From a plasmid, in sequence record NZ_CP067424.1: a stretch of 64,000 nt of DNA; one strand, written 5' to 3'. The notes under the pieces were generated by a model. That model worked only from the letters and a program-made list of their open reading frames with translations. It was not told the DNA's origin and made no database searches. The translations under genes were made by a program, and so were the position numbers. Shown one piece after another: positions 26,961 to 36,804 of this stretch (the stretch's first letter is position 1; each line of letters opens with the position of its first letter).

Positions 26961-29463
26961 GATCGGAGCGAACCGGGGGGCGGCTGCCGTCCCCCTGACG
27001 GCCAAGCTGCCGTGGGCCTACTTCGCCGAGCAGGGCATCGTGTTCCTGAAGTTCGGCGGCTTCATGCGTACCCTGCGGTTCCGCGGCGGCGATGCCGACA
27101 GCATGAGCGAGACCGACCTGGTTGCCACGATGCGGCGACTGCACGATGCCCTGCGCCGGGTGCGTGGGCAGATGAGCCTGCACATCGAGGCGCAGCGCCG
27201 GCCGGCGTCGCCCTATCCCGGCGCCGACCTGGGCGACCGGGAGCGCCGCGCCCTGTGGCCGGACCCGATCTCCTTCCTGTTCGACGAGGAGCGCCGCACC
27301 GCCTACGACCGGACCGGTTCCCAGTTCGAGACCGACCGCTACATCACCTTCGTCTGGCGTTGCTCGCGGGCATCGACCCGCCGGGCGCGGTCCTTCTTCA
27401 TGAGCGGCAAGAAGAAGGCAGGCAAGGCCGGCAGCGCCGAACTGCACGAATTCGTCCAGGCCAGCAATGCCGTGAAGGGCATGCTGGACGGCGTCATGAA
27501 GGAATGCGCCTGGCTCGACGACGACGACACCTTCGACTTCCTGCACAAGGCGGTTTCGGTCCATCAGCACCGGGTGAAGCCGTCCTACGGCAAGGCCCGG
27601 ATCGACTACGACGTTGCCGACTGCCGGGTGGTCGGCGGTGCCGAGCCGATGCTCGGCCCGTGCCACATGCGGACGATCAGCGTCAAGAATTCGCCGGACA
27701 CCATCCCCGCGGCGCTGGCCGCGCTGGACTCCCTGCGGTGCGAGTACCGCTACTCGATCCGGTGGATGGGCATGGAGCACGCCGAAGGCCTGCGTCGCAT
27801 CGAGCAGCAGCTGCGGGACTGGAGGATGCTCGGCATCGCGATGATCCCGATGCTGATCTCGTACATGCTTCGGTCGAACAAGCAGAAGGAGAACGAGGCG
27901 GCCAACGCCATGGCCGAGGATGCGCAGGAAGCCATCTACGCGGTGCGCCGGGATGACCTGACCATCGGCCACGCCACCATCAATGTCGTTGTCTGGGACC
28001 GTGACGAGGAACGGCTGGAGAGAAAGGTCGGGTGGGTCGAGGACACCCTGCGCCGTCAGCAGCTCACCGTCACCAGCTACACCGTGGCGCCCCTCGACAC
28101 CTGGCTCGGCACCTTGCCCGGCCACATCTACGCCGACCTGCGCCGGCCGATCCGCACATCCGTCAACCTGGCGCACTTCGCACCCTATTCGTCGGTGTGG
28201 TCCGGCGAGGTGTGCAACGATCACCTGTCCAGGAAGCTGGGCCGGCCGATCCCGCCGCTGCTGATCGCCACGACGGACGGGTCGACCCCGTTCCGGCTGA
28301 ACCTGCACCGCGGCGACCTGGGCCACACCCTGATCTTCGGCCCGTCCGGCAACGGCAAAACCACCCTGATGAACGCCATGATCACCGGGTGGCGGCGCAT
28401 CCCCGGCTCCAAGGTCTGCATCTTCACGATCAAGGGCGGCGGCGAGGTCGTGACCCGGCTGCTGGGCGGCGTCTCCTACGATGTCGGCGCCGTGGGCCCG
28501 GGGGCGCTGGGCTTCCAGCCGCTGCGGTATGCCGACGAACCCAACGAGCGCATCGAGCTGCTGGAATGGGTGCTGGGCCTGATGCGCGCCCAGGGGATCG
28601 ACACGAACAGCGCCGTGGTGAAGGAGGAGGCGACCGGTGCCCTGGACCTGATCGCCCGGAACCCGCCGGAACGACGCACCCTGACCCACTTGAGCGGCTA
28701 CCTGACCACCGAGGTGCTGAAGCGGGCGGTCCGGCACTATGCCCTGGCCGGCGACACCTACGGCCGGCTGCTGGACGATGACCGGGACCGGATCGAGCTG
28801 TCGGACATCCTCAGCCTGGACATGACAAGCCTGCTGAAGAAGACCGACGTGGCCCCGCACGTCCTGGCGCACCTGTTCCGCTACGTCGAGCGTCGCGTCT
28901 TCACCGGGGACCCGGTGCTGCTGGTGGTCGACGAGGCGTGGCTGTTCCTGGGCGACAGCCGGTTCGCCGCGAAGTTCGATGAGTGGCTGCGGGCCGCCAG
29001 GTCGAAGAACGTGGTCGTGGTGTTCGCCACCCAGAACATGAAGGATGCCTTCGACAGCGTCATCGGCAAGGTGCTGGCCGATGCCGAGAACGTGCCCAAC
29101 ATCATCCTGCTGCCCAACCACCGCGCCGGCAGCGAGAAGGGCCGGAAGCCTTACGAGCAGCTGGGATTTCACGAACGCGACATCGAGATCGTGGCAACCG
29201 CCACGCCGAAGCGTGACTACTACTTCACGTGCCCTGACGGCGCCCGGCTGTTCGACCTGGGTCTCGGTCCGCTGGGCCGGGCGCTCTGCTCCTCTACCGA
29301 CACGAAGGACGACCTCGGCTTGGCCCGGGGCATCCTGGCCGACCATCCCGCTGAGGAATTCGCAGAGCACTTCCTCGACGCCAAGGGCGTGGGCTGGGCA
29401 GCTGAGTTCGTCCGGCATGAGGCAGGGCGTCGGCCAGTCGAAATCGCCGCGGCCGCTGAGTAG
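26953..29463 (+). CDS. trbE: TrbE (VirB4 ATPase)
   Basis: Walker A LIFGPSGNGKTTLMN and Walker B LLVVDEAW. An ATG at 26953 overlaps the trbD stop (the track ORF starts at 26845). Confidence 0.9.
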   Translation: MFRIGANRGAAAVPLTAKLPWAYFAEQGIVFLKFGGFMRTLRFRGGDADSMSETDLVATMRRLHDALRRVRGQMSLHIEAQRRPASPYPGADLGDRERRALWPDPISFLFDEERRTAYDRTGSQFETDRYITFVWRCSRASTRRARSFFMSGKKKAGKAGSAELHEFVQASNAVKGMLDGVMKECAWLDDDDTFDFLHKAVSVHQHRVKPSYGKARIDYDVADCRVVGGAEPMLGPCHMRTISVKNSPDTIPAALAALDSLRCEYRYSIRWMGMEHAEGLRRIEQQLRDWRMLGIAMIPMLISYMLRSNKQKENEAANAMAEDAQEAIYAVRRDDLTIGHATINVVVWDRDEERLERKVGWVEDTLRRQQLTVTSYTVAPLDTWLGTLPGHIYADLRRPIRTSVNLAHFAPYSSVWSGEVCNDHLSRKLGRPIPPLLIATTDGSTPFRLNLHRGDLGHTLIFGPSGNGKTTLMNAMITGWRRIPGSKVCIFTIKGGGEVVTRLLGGVSYDVGAVGPGALGFQPLRYADEPNERIELLEWVLGLMRAQGIDTNSAVVKEEATGALDLIARNPPERRTLTHLSGYLTTEVLKRAVRHYALAGDTYGRLLDDDRDRIELSDILSLDMTSLLKKTDVAPHVLAHLFRYVERRVFTGDPVLLVVDEAWLFLGDSRFAAKFDEWLRAARSKNVVVVFATQNMKDAFDSVIGKVLADAENVPNIILLPNHRAGSEKGRKPYEQLGFHERDIEIVATATPKRDYYFTCPDGARLFDLGLGPLGRALCSSTDTKDDLGLARGILADHPAEEFAEHFLDAKGVGWAAEFVRHEAGRRPVEIAAAAE

Positions 29464-29472
29464 GAGGAAACA

Positions 29473-31416
29473 ATGCGTCCGTCCGTGATCGCCGGTCTGT
29501 TGCTGACCGGCACCGCCATCGGGACCCCCGCCCTGGCGGCAACCATCGAGGTGCAGCCGGGCGACAACCTGGAGGCTAAGATCCGCTCGGCCCGGCCGGG
29601 CGATACCGTGGCGGTCCGGCGCGGCACCTACAACGGCAGCCTGGATCTGAGCACCCTGCACGGTGATCCGGGGGCGCCGATCCGCATCCTCTCGGTTGAC
29701 GGCAAGGGTGCCGCGGTGATCCAGGGGAGCCGCGATCAGGCCGCCGTGCAGGCCAACCGGATCTCGAACGTCGAGATGGACGGCTTCCATGTGGTCGCCA
29801 ACGCGCCCGGCGGCGGTGACGTCGGCGGCTTCAAGCTGTGGGGGCCTTACGGCGACATCGGCAACCTGAAGATCACGAACAACCTGATCACCGGCCAGGG
29901 GCAGGACGGCTTCAAGCTGTTCAACATGTCGCCGACCGACCAGCAGAGCGTCCTGGTGGCCGGCAACACGATCGACGGTAACTGGCGTCAGGAAGCCATC
30001 GACAACGTCAGCGTCAAGAATGTCCGGTACGAGGGCAACACGATCAGGGGCAAGGCTGGCTTCGCCGGCATCACCTGGAAGGCCGGCAGCGACGGCGTGC
30101 AGCTGGTCAACAACACGATCGACATCGACGCCGATACGGCGGTCTCGGTTGGCGGCTACGGCAACAGCCGCCTGAACCGGATGGACCGGTTCCCCGACGA
30201 GTTCCAGGACAACGAGGCAGAAAACAGCGTGGTCACCGGCAATACCATCCGGGGCGACGTGCGGGTGATCTCGGCCGAGAACAACCGAGTCGAGGGGAAC
30301 AGCATCACCGGCAGCATCAGCAACGGCCAGAACAGCCACATGCCGGGCTCGATCACCAGCCGGAACAACGCCATCGCCCACAACAGAGTGACCGGCGGCA
30401 CGGGAGCGTCTGCCTGGAACGGCAACACCGATACCCAGTTCGAGCGCAACGTGGACGGCCTGGCCAACAATTTCTACGACACCGACGAGCAGTTCTGGGG
30501 GGCGGTGGAGCGCGGGGAAGCGGGCGCGCTGCGCCGGCTGAACGACCTGGTGTCCGGCGGCATCATCGTGCGCGAGGGCAACCGGATCATCAACAGGGCC
30601 ACCGGCCAGATCACCAGCGCGGTCGGCAACGCCATCGGCGACGCTGTCGACACCGTGCTGCAGCCGGCGGAGGATTACGTCGACGCTGCCGTCGAGACCG
30701 TGAAGTGCAACATCGGCGGCGCAGTGATCGGTGGCGCCGCGTCGGTCGTCAGCGGGATTTTCTCGGGCGGCCGGGCGACGCTGGCAGCACAGATCGCCCA
30801 GCAGATGACCGCGATCGCCGGCAACCTGTGCCTGGGCAAACAGCTCGCCGCCCAGCAGCGCCTTGTCGAACTTGCCAGGCGGGACAATGCCCACGGCACG
30901 GCCGACAATGCCGCCGGCCTCAACGGCATGATGACCAGGACCCTGCCGGGGCTGGCGCAGGGCGGCTTCCTGTCGTCCGAGCAGGCCATCGCCAGCCAGT
31001 ACGGCGAGGTGTACCCGGATGCCTTTCCGCCCATGCTGCCGGACGACCTGGTTGCCGTGAACCGGTCCATGCAGGCCCACGAACGCACGGTACACCTGAA
31101 CAGCTTGGCGGTCCAGAACCGGACGGTCCAGGAACAGGCCGACACCCTGGAGCGGGCGCGCGACCATGCAGCCGCCGGCCGGGCCGGTGACGGCATCCGC
31201 TCCGAGCTGCAGGCCATGAACGCCATTGGCGGCGAGCAGATCGCGGCGATCAACAGCCTGACGGCGGCCACGGTAGCTAATCATCGTGCTTCGACCGAGA
31301 TACAGTTACGGGACGAGTCAAGGAAAGCCGCAGCAAACGCAACGGCCGAGGAGTTCATGTCGACCCTGGCGACTTGCGGGAACTGCACCATAGACCGCCC
31401 GTTTTTGGGCGAATAG
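29473..31416 (+). CDS. trbJ: Secreted right-handed beta-helix (pectin-lyase-fold) domain fused to a TrbJ/VirB5-like C-terminal domain
   Basis: The signal peptide is MRPSVIAGLLLTGTAIGTPALA. Residues about 25-400 carry repeated ...GNTI.G / NN.I.GN / N.V.GN beta-helix motifs. The C-terminal about 230 aa are coiled-coil rich, sit in the trbJ position (after trbE, before trbK/trbL) and are loosely similar to TrbJ (YP..F...QA.N..G.Q...IN). Confidence 0.6.
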   Translation: MRPSVIAGLLLTGTAIGTPALAATIEVQPGDNLEAKIRSARPGDTVAVRRGTYNGSLDLSTLHGDPGAPIRILSVDGKGAAVIQGSRDQAAVQANRISNVEMDGFHVVANAPGGGDVGGFKLWGPYGDIGNLKITNNLITGQGQDGFKLFNMSPTDQQSVLVAGNTIDGNWRQEAIDNVSVKNVRYEGNTIRGKAGFAGITWKAGSDGVQLVNNTIDIDADTAVSVGGYGNSRLNRMDRFPDEFQDNEAENSVVTGNTIRGDVRVISAENNRVEGNSITGSISNGQNSHMPGSITSRNNAIAHNRVTGGTGASAWNGNTDTQFERNVDGLANNFYDTDEQFWGAVERGEAGALRRLNDLVSGGIIVREGNRIINRATGQITSAVGNAIGDAVDTVLQPAEDYVDAAVETVKCNIGGAVIGGAASVVSGIFSGGRATLAAQIAQQMTAIAGNLCLGKQLAAQQRLVELARRDNAHGTADNAAGLNGMMTRTLPGLAQGGFLSSEQAIASQYGEVYPDAFPPMLPDDLVAVNRSMQAHERTVHLNSLAVQNRTVQEQADTLERARDHAAAGRAGDGIRSELQAMNAIGGEQIAAINSLTAATVANHRASTEIQLRDESRKAAANATAEEFMSTLATCGNCTIDRPFLGE

Positions 31417-31428
31417 GAGGATAATAGA

Positions 31429-31605
31429 ATGAAAACTTTGGTAATCGCCTCGATCCTGCTTGTCGCCCTGTCCGGTTGCTGGGACGCCGAGCAGAAAAAG
31501 AAGTCGGACGACTTCATGAGCAACCTGACGAAGTGCGAGAATGACTGCCGGATTACCGAACCCTTCCTGGGCGGCGGCAAGAAGGGCGAGGGCGATGGAC
31601 GCTGA
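31429..31605 (+). CDS. trbK: Small lipoprotein, TrbK-like (entry exclusion candidate)
   Basis: A 58-aa ORF whose ATG follows AGGAGGA, with a lipobox LSGC (MKTLVIASILLVALSGC). It overlaps the trbL start and is below the track cutoff. Confidence 0.5.
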   Translation: MKTLVIASILLVALSGCWDAEQKKKSDDFMSNLTKCENDCRITEPFLGGGKKGEGDGR

Positions 31606-32740
31606 TTACGCCTACCTCAACGCTGCCATCAAAGAGATGCTGGCCCGGGTCACGTCTACCGGATCCGCCATCGACGCGGCGCTTCAGCCGGTGTACCTGA
31701 TCACCGGCACGCTGCTGTTCGTCATCGCGTTGATGAAGTTCATGTGGCAACGCGACTTGGCGCCGCTGGCCGCGTTCGTCATACGCTATATGCAATTGAT
31801 GGTTCTGATCTTCATATCCGGTCAGTGGATGCCGCTGACCGATGCGTATGTTTCCGGCATGGGTAGTTTCGGCGCCGGCATCGCGGGGTTCGATATCCTG
31901 CAACTGGCTCCGGGAACGGTGATCGTTCGCGCGCTGGAGCTGGCGAACAGGATGTACAGCGAGAACGTCTCCTGGATGCGCCTGATGCTGGGCAGTACGC
32001 AGGACACGGTCGCTCACCTGCTGCTGCTGATCGGATGCGCCGGCACGATCCTGCTGAGCATCTTCATGGCCGCCTGGATCATGCTGTTTTTCGTGGTCTT
32101 CAAGCTCGCCACCGTGGTGGCACTCGTCTTCCTGGCCTTCATGATGTTCGACAGCACCCGGTTCATGGCGGCGCCGGGTCTGGCGCGCATCGTGGCTTAC
32201 GGCACCCAGATGCTGGTGCTGGGACTCGCCACAGGCATGTTCTTCATGGTTCTGGATGCCCTGGACCTGAGCGGGCACCTGCATGTCGGCCAGTCGATCT
32301 CGCTGCTGGTGGTCATGTTCTTCTTTGCCCTGCTATTCAAGTACACGACGGATATCGCGCGCGAGCAGCATTCCGGCATGCCGACCCTCGGGCTTCACGA
32401 CATTGGCCGGACTGCCGGGCAGATAGCCGGCGCCGCGGCCTCGACGGTGGGCACGATCGGCACGGTTGGCTTGGGCGCCCTTGCCATGTCTCGCGCCGCC
32501 GCGATCTCCCGGCCAGCGACTGCTTCCTACGCCATGACCGGCCCTGGCGCTGCCGGCGGTTCGGCCGGTGCCATCGGTGGGCCGCCGCCGTCCGTCGCCC
32601 GCATGCTCAACAAGCCGTCGGTCGACGCGACCTGGACGGAGGCCCGGGACCTCGCCCCGGCCTCGGTCCAACGGATGCTGAGCCAGAGCCGGAAGGCATT
32701 GCCGGCACCGCCGCGCCAGCTGCCCCCTCCCCGTTCCTGA
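31595..32740 (+). CDS. trbL: TrbL (VirB6)
   Basis: A polytopic membrane protein with a Gly/Ala/Pro-rich C-terminus. Start taken at MDADYAYLNA. Confidence 0.85.
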   Translation: MDADYAYLNAAIKEMLARVTSTGSAIDAALQPVYLITGTLLFVIALMKFMWQRDLAPLAAFVIRYMQLMVLIFISGQWMPLTDAYVSGMGSFGAGIAGFDILQLAPGTVIVRALELANRMYSENVSWMRLMLGSTQDTVAHLLLLIGCAGTILLSIFMAAWIMLFFVVFKLATVVALVFLAFMMFDSTRFMAAPGLARIVAYGTQMLVLGLATGMFFMVLDALDLSGHLHVGQSISLLVVMFFFALLFKYTTDIAREQHSGMPTLGLHDIGRTAGQIAGAAASTVGTIGTVGLGALAMSRAAAISRPATASYAMTGPGAAGGSAGAIGGPPPSVARMLNKPSVDATWTEARDLAPASVQRMLSQSRKALPAPPRQLPPPRS

Positions 32741-32762
32741 TCGTTCTCGATAGGGGTTTTCC

Positions 32763-33440
32763 ATGCTCGGTTTGAACCGCGGTCACTGGAAGGAAGACGA
32801 CGAGTACAGGAAGGCCCGCTGGGCCTACGAAGGTCAAGGTGCCGGCGCCACCAGAGCGGCATGGTTCCTGGGCGCCGGACTGATCGCCGTCACGGCGTTC
32901 GCCGGCATCCAGACCTATGACAAGCACCTGCTGGCCAAACTGGACGACCTGAAGTTCGTGGCGATCGAGAGCAACCGGACCACCGGCGAGGTTGTCAGCG
33001 TGTCCAAGGTGACCGGCGAACTGATGGCCGACGAGACCAAGCGCCGGCAGTTCGTGCGGTGGTGGATCGAACTGTGGCGCAACGTGCCGGCCGATGCCGT
33101 CGCCTACAATCGCTCCTACCTGGCGGCCCAGGTCTACATGGCCGACCCGGTCCACCACGCGGTCGCGGCCTACATGAGCGAGAACCCGGTCAACACCTTC
33201 ATCCGGTCGGGCCATGCCCGCATGGTGCGGGTCCAGAACGTGACGCCGGCCGGCAACGGCACCCGCTACCGGGTGGACTGGATCGAGAGCGTCTACCGGA
33301 ACAGCCAGCTGGTCAACCAAACGCCAATGACGGCCGACCTGGACCTGGAGCAGCACACGCCGCGCACCGATGCGGAGGCCGAGGCCAACATCTTCGGCTT
33401 CGTGGTGAAGGGTTTTTACTGGACCCCGCCGGCGATGTGA
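32763..33440 (+). CDS. trbF: TrbF (VirB8)
   Basis: 225 aa with a single N-terminal TM segment and a periplasmic NTF2-like VirB8 domain pattern. Confidence 0.8.
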   Translation: MLGLNRGHWKEDDEYRKARWAYEGQGAGATRAAWFLGAGLIAVTAFAGIQTYDKHLLAKLDDLKFVAIESNRTTGEVVSVSKVTGELMADETKRRQFVRWWIELWRNVPADAVAYNRSYLAAQVYMADPVHHAVAAYMSENPVNTFIRSGHARMVRVQNVTPAGNGTRYRVDWIESVYRNSQLVNQTPMTADLDLEQHTPRTDAEAEANIFGFVVKGFYWTPPAM

Positions 33441-33483
33441 CAATGTAAGTGCCTTTCCCCGAGAGGGCACGATCATTATACTC

Positions 33484-33507
33484 TTGACTACTATATTTTT
33501 GTAGTCA
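33484..33507 (+). promoter_or_regulatory. Palindromic promoter/operator TTGACTAC-N10-GTAGTCA upstream of trbG
   Basis: TTGACTACTATATTTTTGTAGTCA, the second copy of the motif seen upstream of trbC. Confidence 0.4.
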
Positions 33508-33523
33508 TGCCGCTTCGGGGGAT

Positions 33524-34402
33524 GTGCTGACCATGAGACGTGCCGCCTTCTTGATCCTTCCGCTCATCGCAGGGTGCGCCTCGTCAAAGTACGAAGCGCC
33601 CCTGCCGACCCTCCCCTCGGCGTCCCTTCAGCTGCCGAGAGCACCGGCCCGGCCGCCGCTGCCGGACACCCTGCCGAAGCTGCCGGCCGAAGATCCGGTC
33701 AAGGCCATTGCCGGTGCCACCAAGGACGGCCTGGTGAAGCCGCGCCGGGAGTGGTTCAAGGGGCTGACCTACATGCCGCCCTACCACCCGAACCACGGCT
33801 ACCTGGTCTATATCCCGTTCGGCCTTTCCTCGACCTTCGAGTTCAGTCCCGGCGAGAAGCCGCAGGATGCGACCTGCAGCGACAGCAGCGGCAACATCAT
33901 CGCACCAAGCTGGTCGAGCATGGGCGTCGGTGCCGGAAAGAAATGGGTTTTCCAGGTCAAGGTGACGATGGAGCCGCCGTTCCCCCGCCAGGACTGCACG
34001 GTGCTGACCACCCGCGGCATCTACTCGATCTATGTCCAGGGCACCAGGAGCACCCATACGGCCAAGGTCCGCTGGTCGGACCCTTACGGTGTGCTGTCCG
34101 AGGCCGACCCCGAAGCGCCGGAGCCGTGCGCCCAGGCCGACATCGACTATGCCCTGTCCGGTGATCCCGGCGCCTTCGGCCTGCGTCCGGGCGACGTCTC
34201 CAACGACGGCCGGCATACCTGCCTGCGGTTCCCGCAGTCCGCGGGCTTTGACCTTCCTTCCGTCTGGCTGATCGAGGGCGACCAGGAGCGCCCGGCCAGC
34301 CCGACCATGATCGACGGTGCCTACAGGATCGACGGGGTTCCCCGCGTGATCGAGCTGCGCACCGACAATGCCACCCTTCGCATCGAGAGAGCCGCGCCAT
34401 GA
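33524..34402 (+). CDS. trbG: TrbG (VirB9)
   Basis: Lipoprotein signal LIAGC. The protein is 292 aa and is translationally coupled to trbI. Confidence 0.85.
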   Translation: MLTMRRAAFLILPLIAGCASSKYEAPLPTLPSASLQLPRAPARPPLPDTLPKLPAEDPVKAIAGATKDGLVKPRREWFKGLTYMPPYHPNHGYLVYIPFGLSSTFEFSPGEKPQDATCSDSSGNIIAPSWSSMGVGAGKKWVFQVKVTMEPPFPRQDCTVLTTRGIYSIYVQGTRSTHTAKVRWSDPYGVLSEADPEAPEPCAQADIDYALSGDPGAFGLRPGDVSNDGRHTCLRFPQSAGFDLPSVWLIEGDQERPASPTMIDGAYRIDGVPRVIELRTDNATLRIERAAP

Positions 34403-35487
34403 CCCAGGCAGAGACCGAATACGTTGACCCGCCGCGGTCGGTGAACGACCCCCGGCCGCCGATCCACACCATGCTGAAGTGGCCGGTTGCCCTGGCCGGC
34501 ACGGCGATGGTCGCCCTGCTGGCCGGCATCACCATCGGCCCCACCCTGTTCCGGGACGAGCCGGAGCCCAAGCGGGTGGACCCGGAACCGAGGATGGCCA
34601 CGCCCCGTCCGCTGCACGGCATGCCGACGGATTACAGCCAGGTCCAGCCGCCGCCGGAACCGGAAGCAGTACCCGCCCCGGCGCCCGCCCCTGCCCCTGT
34701 GGCGGCGCCGGCTCCCGCCCCGGTCACCCGCGTCATGGGGGGTGGTCCGAGAGGGCCGACCAAGACCGAGTTGTTGAGGGAGGCGATGCGCTCGCCGCTG
34801 AAGCCGATCCCGATCACGTCGGGCGGCAACGTCGCGGTCGAGCAGGCCGCTGTCGGCGGATCGGGCGGCGCCGCACCGGCCAGCAACCTCTACAGCCGGC
34901 ATTCCCTGGTCGATCCTTACGAGTGCCAGGTCAATGCCGGCACCAACATCCCGGCCATGACCGAGCAGCGCATCACCAGCGAGTCACCTGGCACGGTATC
35001 GGCGGTGGTGACCCGGGACGTCTGGAGCGCCGACAAGGCGTGCCTTGCCATCCCGCGGGGTACCCGGTTCGTCGGCCGCTACCAGACCCAGGTGGCCGAG
35101 GGACAGGCGCGACTCGGCGTGATCTGGACCGGCCTGACCCGCCCGCCGCCGCGCAACGACACGATCGACCTGGACGACACCGTGGCGGGGGATCCGGACG
35201 GCACCGCCGGGCTCAGCGGCGAGGTGAACGGCTTTTTCTGGCGCAAGCTGGGCTATGTGGCCGCCGCCTCGCTCCTGGACATCGGGCGGACCAGCATCCA
35301 GGCGACCGGCGAGGGTGGCATGGGAGCCGCGATCGCGGGCATTTTCGCCAATCGTGCCACGAGTCCCATTGATGAATGGGCACGCCGCCAGTTAGACATT
35401 CCCCCGGTGATACAGGTGCCGCCGCGCGAGATCAGCATCGTCCTGGCGCGGCACGTGCCGATGGACGAGTTCAGAACCGGGAGATAG
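34399..35487 (+). CDS. trbI: TrbI (VirB10)
   Basis: It has an N-terminal TM segment, a Pro/Ala-rich linker (PAPAPAPVAAPAPAP) and a C-terminal VirB10 domain. Confidence 0.85.
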   Translation: MTQAETEYVDPPRSVNDPRPPIHTMLKWPVALAGTAMVALLAGITIGPTLFRDEPEPKRVDPEPRMATPRPLHGMPTDYSQVQPPPEPEAVPAPAPAPAPVAAPAPAPVTRVMGGGPRGPTKTELLREAMRSPLKPIPITSGGNVAVEQAAVGGSGGAAPASNLYSRHSLVDPYECQVNAGTNIPAMTEQRITSESPGTVSAVVTRDVWSADKACLAIPRGTRFVGRYQTQVAEGQARLGVIWTGLTRPPPRNDTIDLDDTVAGDPDGTAGLSGEVNGFFWRKLGYVAAASLLDIGRTSIQATGEGGMGAAIAGIFANRATSPIDEWARRQLDIPPVIQVPPREISIVLARHVPMDEFRTGR

Positions 35488-35494
35488 GCCAGGG

Positions 35495-35818
35495 ATGCCC
35501 CAGCGCGACGACAAGATCGGCGTCAGTTTCGGAAAGATACCGTCGGAGCGCTGGGAGCAGATGCAGCCCCTTCCGGGAGCCGTGACCGAGAAGGCCATCG
35601 CGTTACTGGACCAAGCCCGCCGCGCCGGCCGGGAGGTCGTCTACCCGGCCAGCCTGAAGGTCGGACTGTCGAAGAAGCTCTGGCTGACGCCGGAGACGGT
35701 CAGGGTGATCGACCGCATCAGCGAAGAGACCGGCCAGCGGCGCACCCCGATCATCCTCGCCGCGCTGGACCTGTATTTCTCCGCCGCTCGATCAGGGCAA
35801 GGCCAAGCAGAAGACTGA
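35495..35818 (+). CDS. DUF2274-like protein following trbI
   Basis: 107 aa; a gene of this size and character follows trbI in Tn4371-type Trb clusters. Confidence 0.5.
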   Translation: MPQRDDKIGVSFGKIPSERWEQMQPLPGAVTEKAIALLDQARRAGREVVYPASLKVGLSKKLWLTPETVRVIDRISEETGQRRTPIILAALDLYFSAARSGQGQAED

Positions 35819-35939
35819 GGACGACAACCCCGCCCCAGGTGAAGAATGCCGCCTCGTACGGCGCCAGCGCCCTGTCGATGGCGCCGAAGATCATTTCGGC
35901 CAGCAGCCAAAGCGTCAACAGCAGTACGGGGCGGTTCAT
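35751..35939 (-). CDS. Small membrane protein (62 aa)
   Basis: An ATG at 35937-35939 lies 9 nt downstream of AGGAGG. The product MNRPVLLLTLWLLAEMIFGAIDRALAPYEAAFFTWGGVVVLSLLLGLALIERRR has two hydrophobic helices. Confidence 0.35.
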   Translation of the reverse strand: MNRPVLLLTLWLLAEMIFGAIDRALAPYEAAFFTWGGVVVLSLLLGLALIERRRNTGPARRG

Positions 35940-36166
35940 TCTCGATGTCCTCCTGCTACACGTCTTCCATGTCGATGCCGTTACCGGCTCCGCCGGAGGC
36001 ACCGGGGCCAAGGCCTCACTGGGCTGCCTCTGCTGAAAACCGGAACACCGCCACGGTGCTGTTGTGTTTCGCTCAATCGCTTATGCGTGGCCCTGGCCGG
36101 GGAATACGATGACGCCAGCTCCCTGCGGCATGATGGGAGATCCGGAAAGCAGGAATCGATTGTTCC

Positions 36167-36655
36167 CTACGGCCGCCCTCTCATCCATACGATACGTCGC
36201 CCCCGGGTATCATCAGACCCACCGTTTTTTGCTGTCGCGGGTGAGCTGATGCCCATCGCGGCGTCCGTCAGCACGTGAGCGTCCTTGACCAGACGGCGAA
36301 GCATGTAGAACTCGGTATCGTCCTCGATCACCTCCGCCAACGCGGTGAATTTTGCCAGGAAATCAACCATCGTGGCGGGTTGCTCATTGGTCAGCGCGGT
36401 CATGGCGCGCGCTGCGGCAGCGTCGGCGTCGACCCAGATGTCGAAGTACTGGGCGGAATCAACCGCCTCCGTGCCGGCTGTCAGAAGCTTGTAGTCGGTG
36501 ATCAACTCAGCCATTCGGGGCGAGACACCGACCGGCACGGTGGTGTCGATAATGGAAGCCACCGGAGCATCATGGGTTGCCGAGCTGCAGGTCAGGATAC
36601 TGCGCTGGTAGGTTGCCCCGCGGACGCTGATCGAGTATCGATGATGACCACTCAT
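36167..36655 (-). CDS. Hypothetical protein
   Basis: A 162-aa ORF downstream of the XRE/S24 gene with no recognisable domain. The start is uncertain (alternative Met at MAELITDYKLL). Confidence 0.35.
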   Translation of the reverse strand: MSGHHRYSISVRGATYQRSILTCSSATHDAPVASIIDTTVPVGVSPRMAELITDYKLLTAGTEAVDSAQYFDIWVDADAAAARAMTALTNEQPATMVDFLAKFTALAEVIEDDTEFYMLRRLVKDAHVLTDAAMGISSPATAKNGGSDDTRGRRIVWMRGRP

Positions 36656-36804
36656 GATTGGACTGCTCCGTCATGGCGTGTCGATACGGTAACCATAAAC
36701 AGTTCATTGTTATTTCAGCAACCAAATTCTTCTGAGAGATGAAGTTTGATATACAAGATGTTGTAGTCAACTCAAATCGTCGAAGCTGAGAAATGCTCAA
36801 ATGA

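Noticed and set aside
26323-31284. 1653-aa minus-strand ORF
   Set aside because: It spans trbC-trbD-trbE-trbJ in antisense. It is an open frame by chance in GC-rich DNA, and its product is low-complexity.
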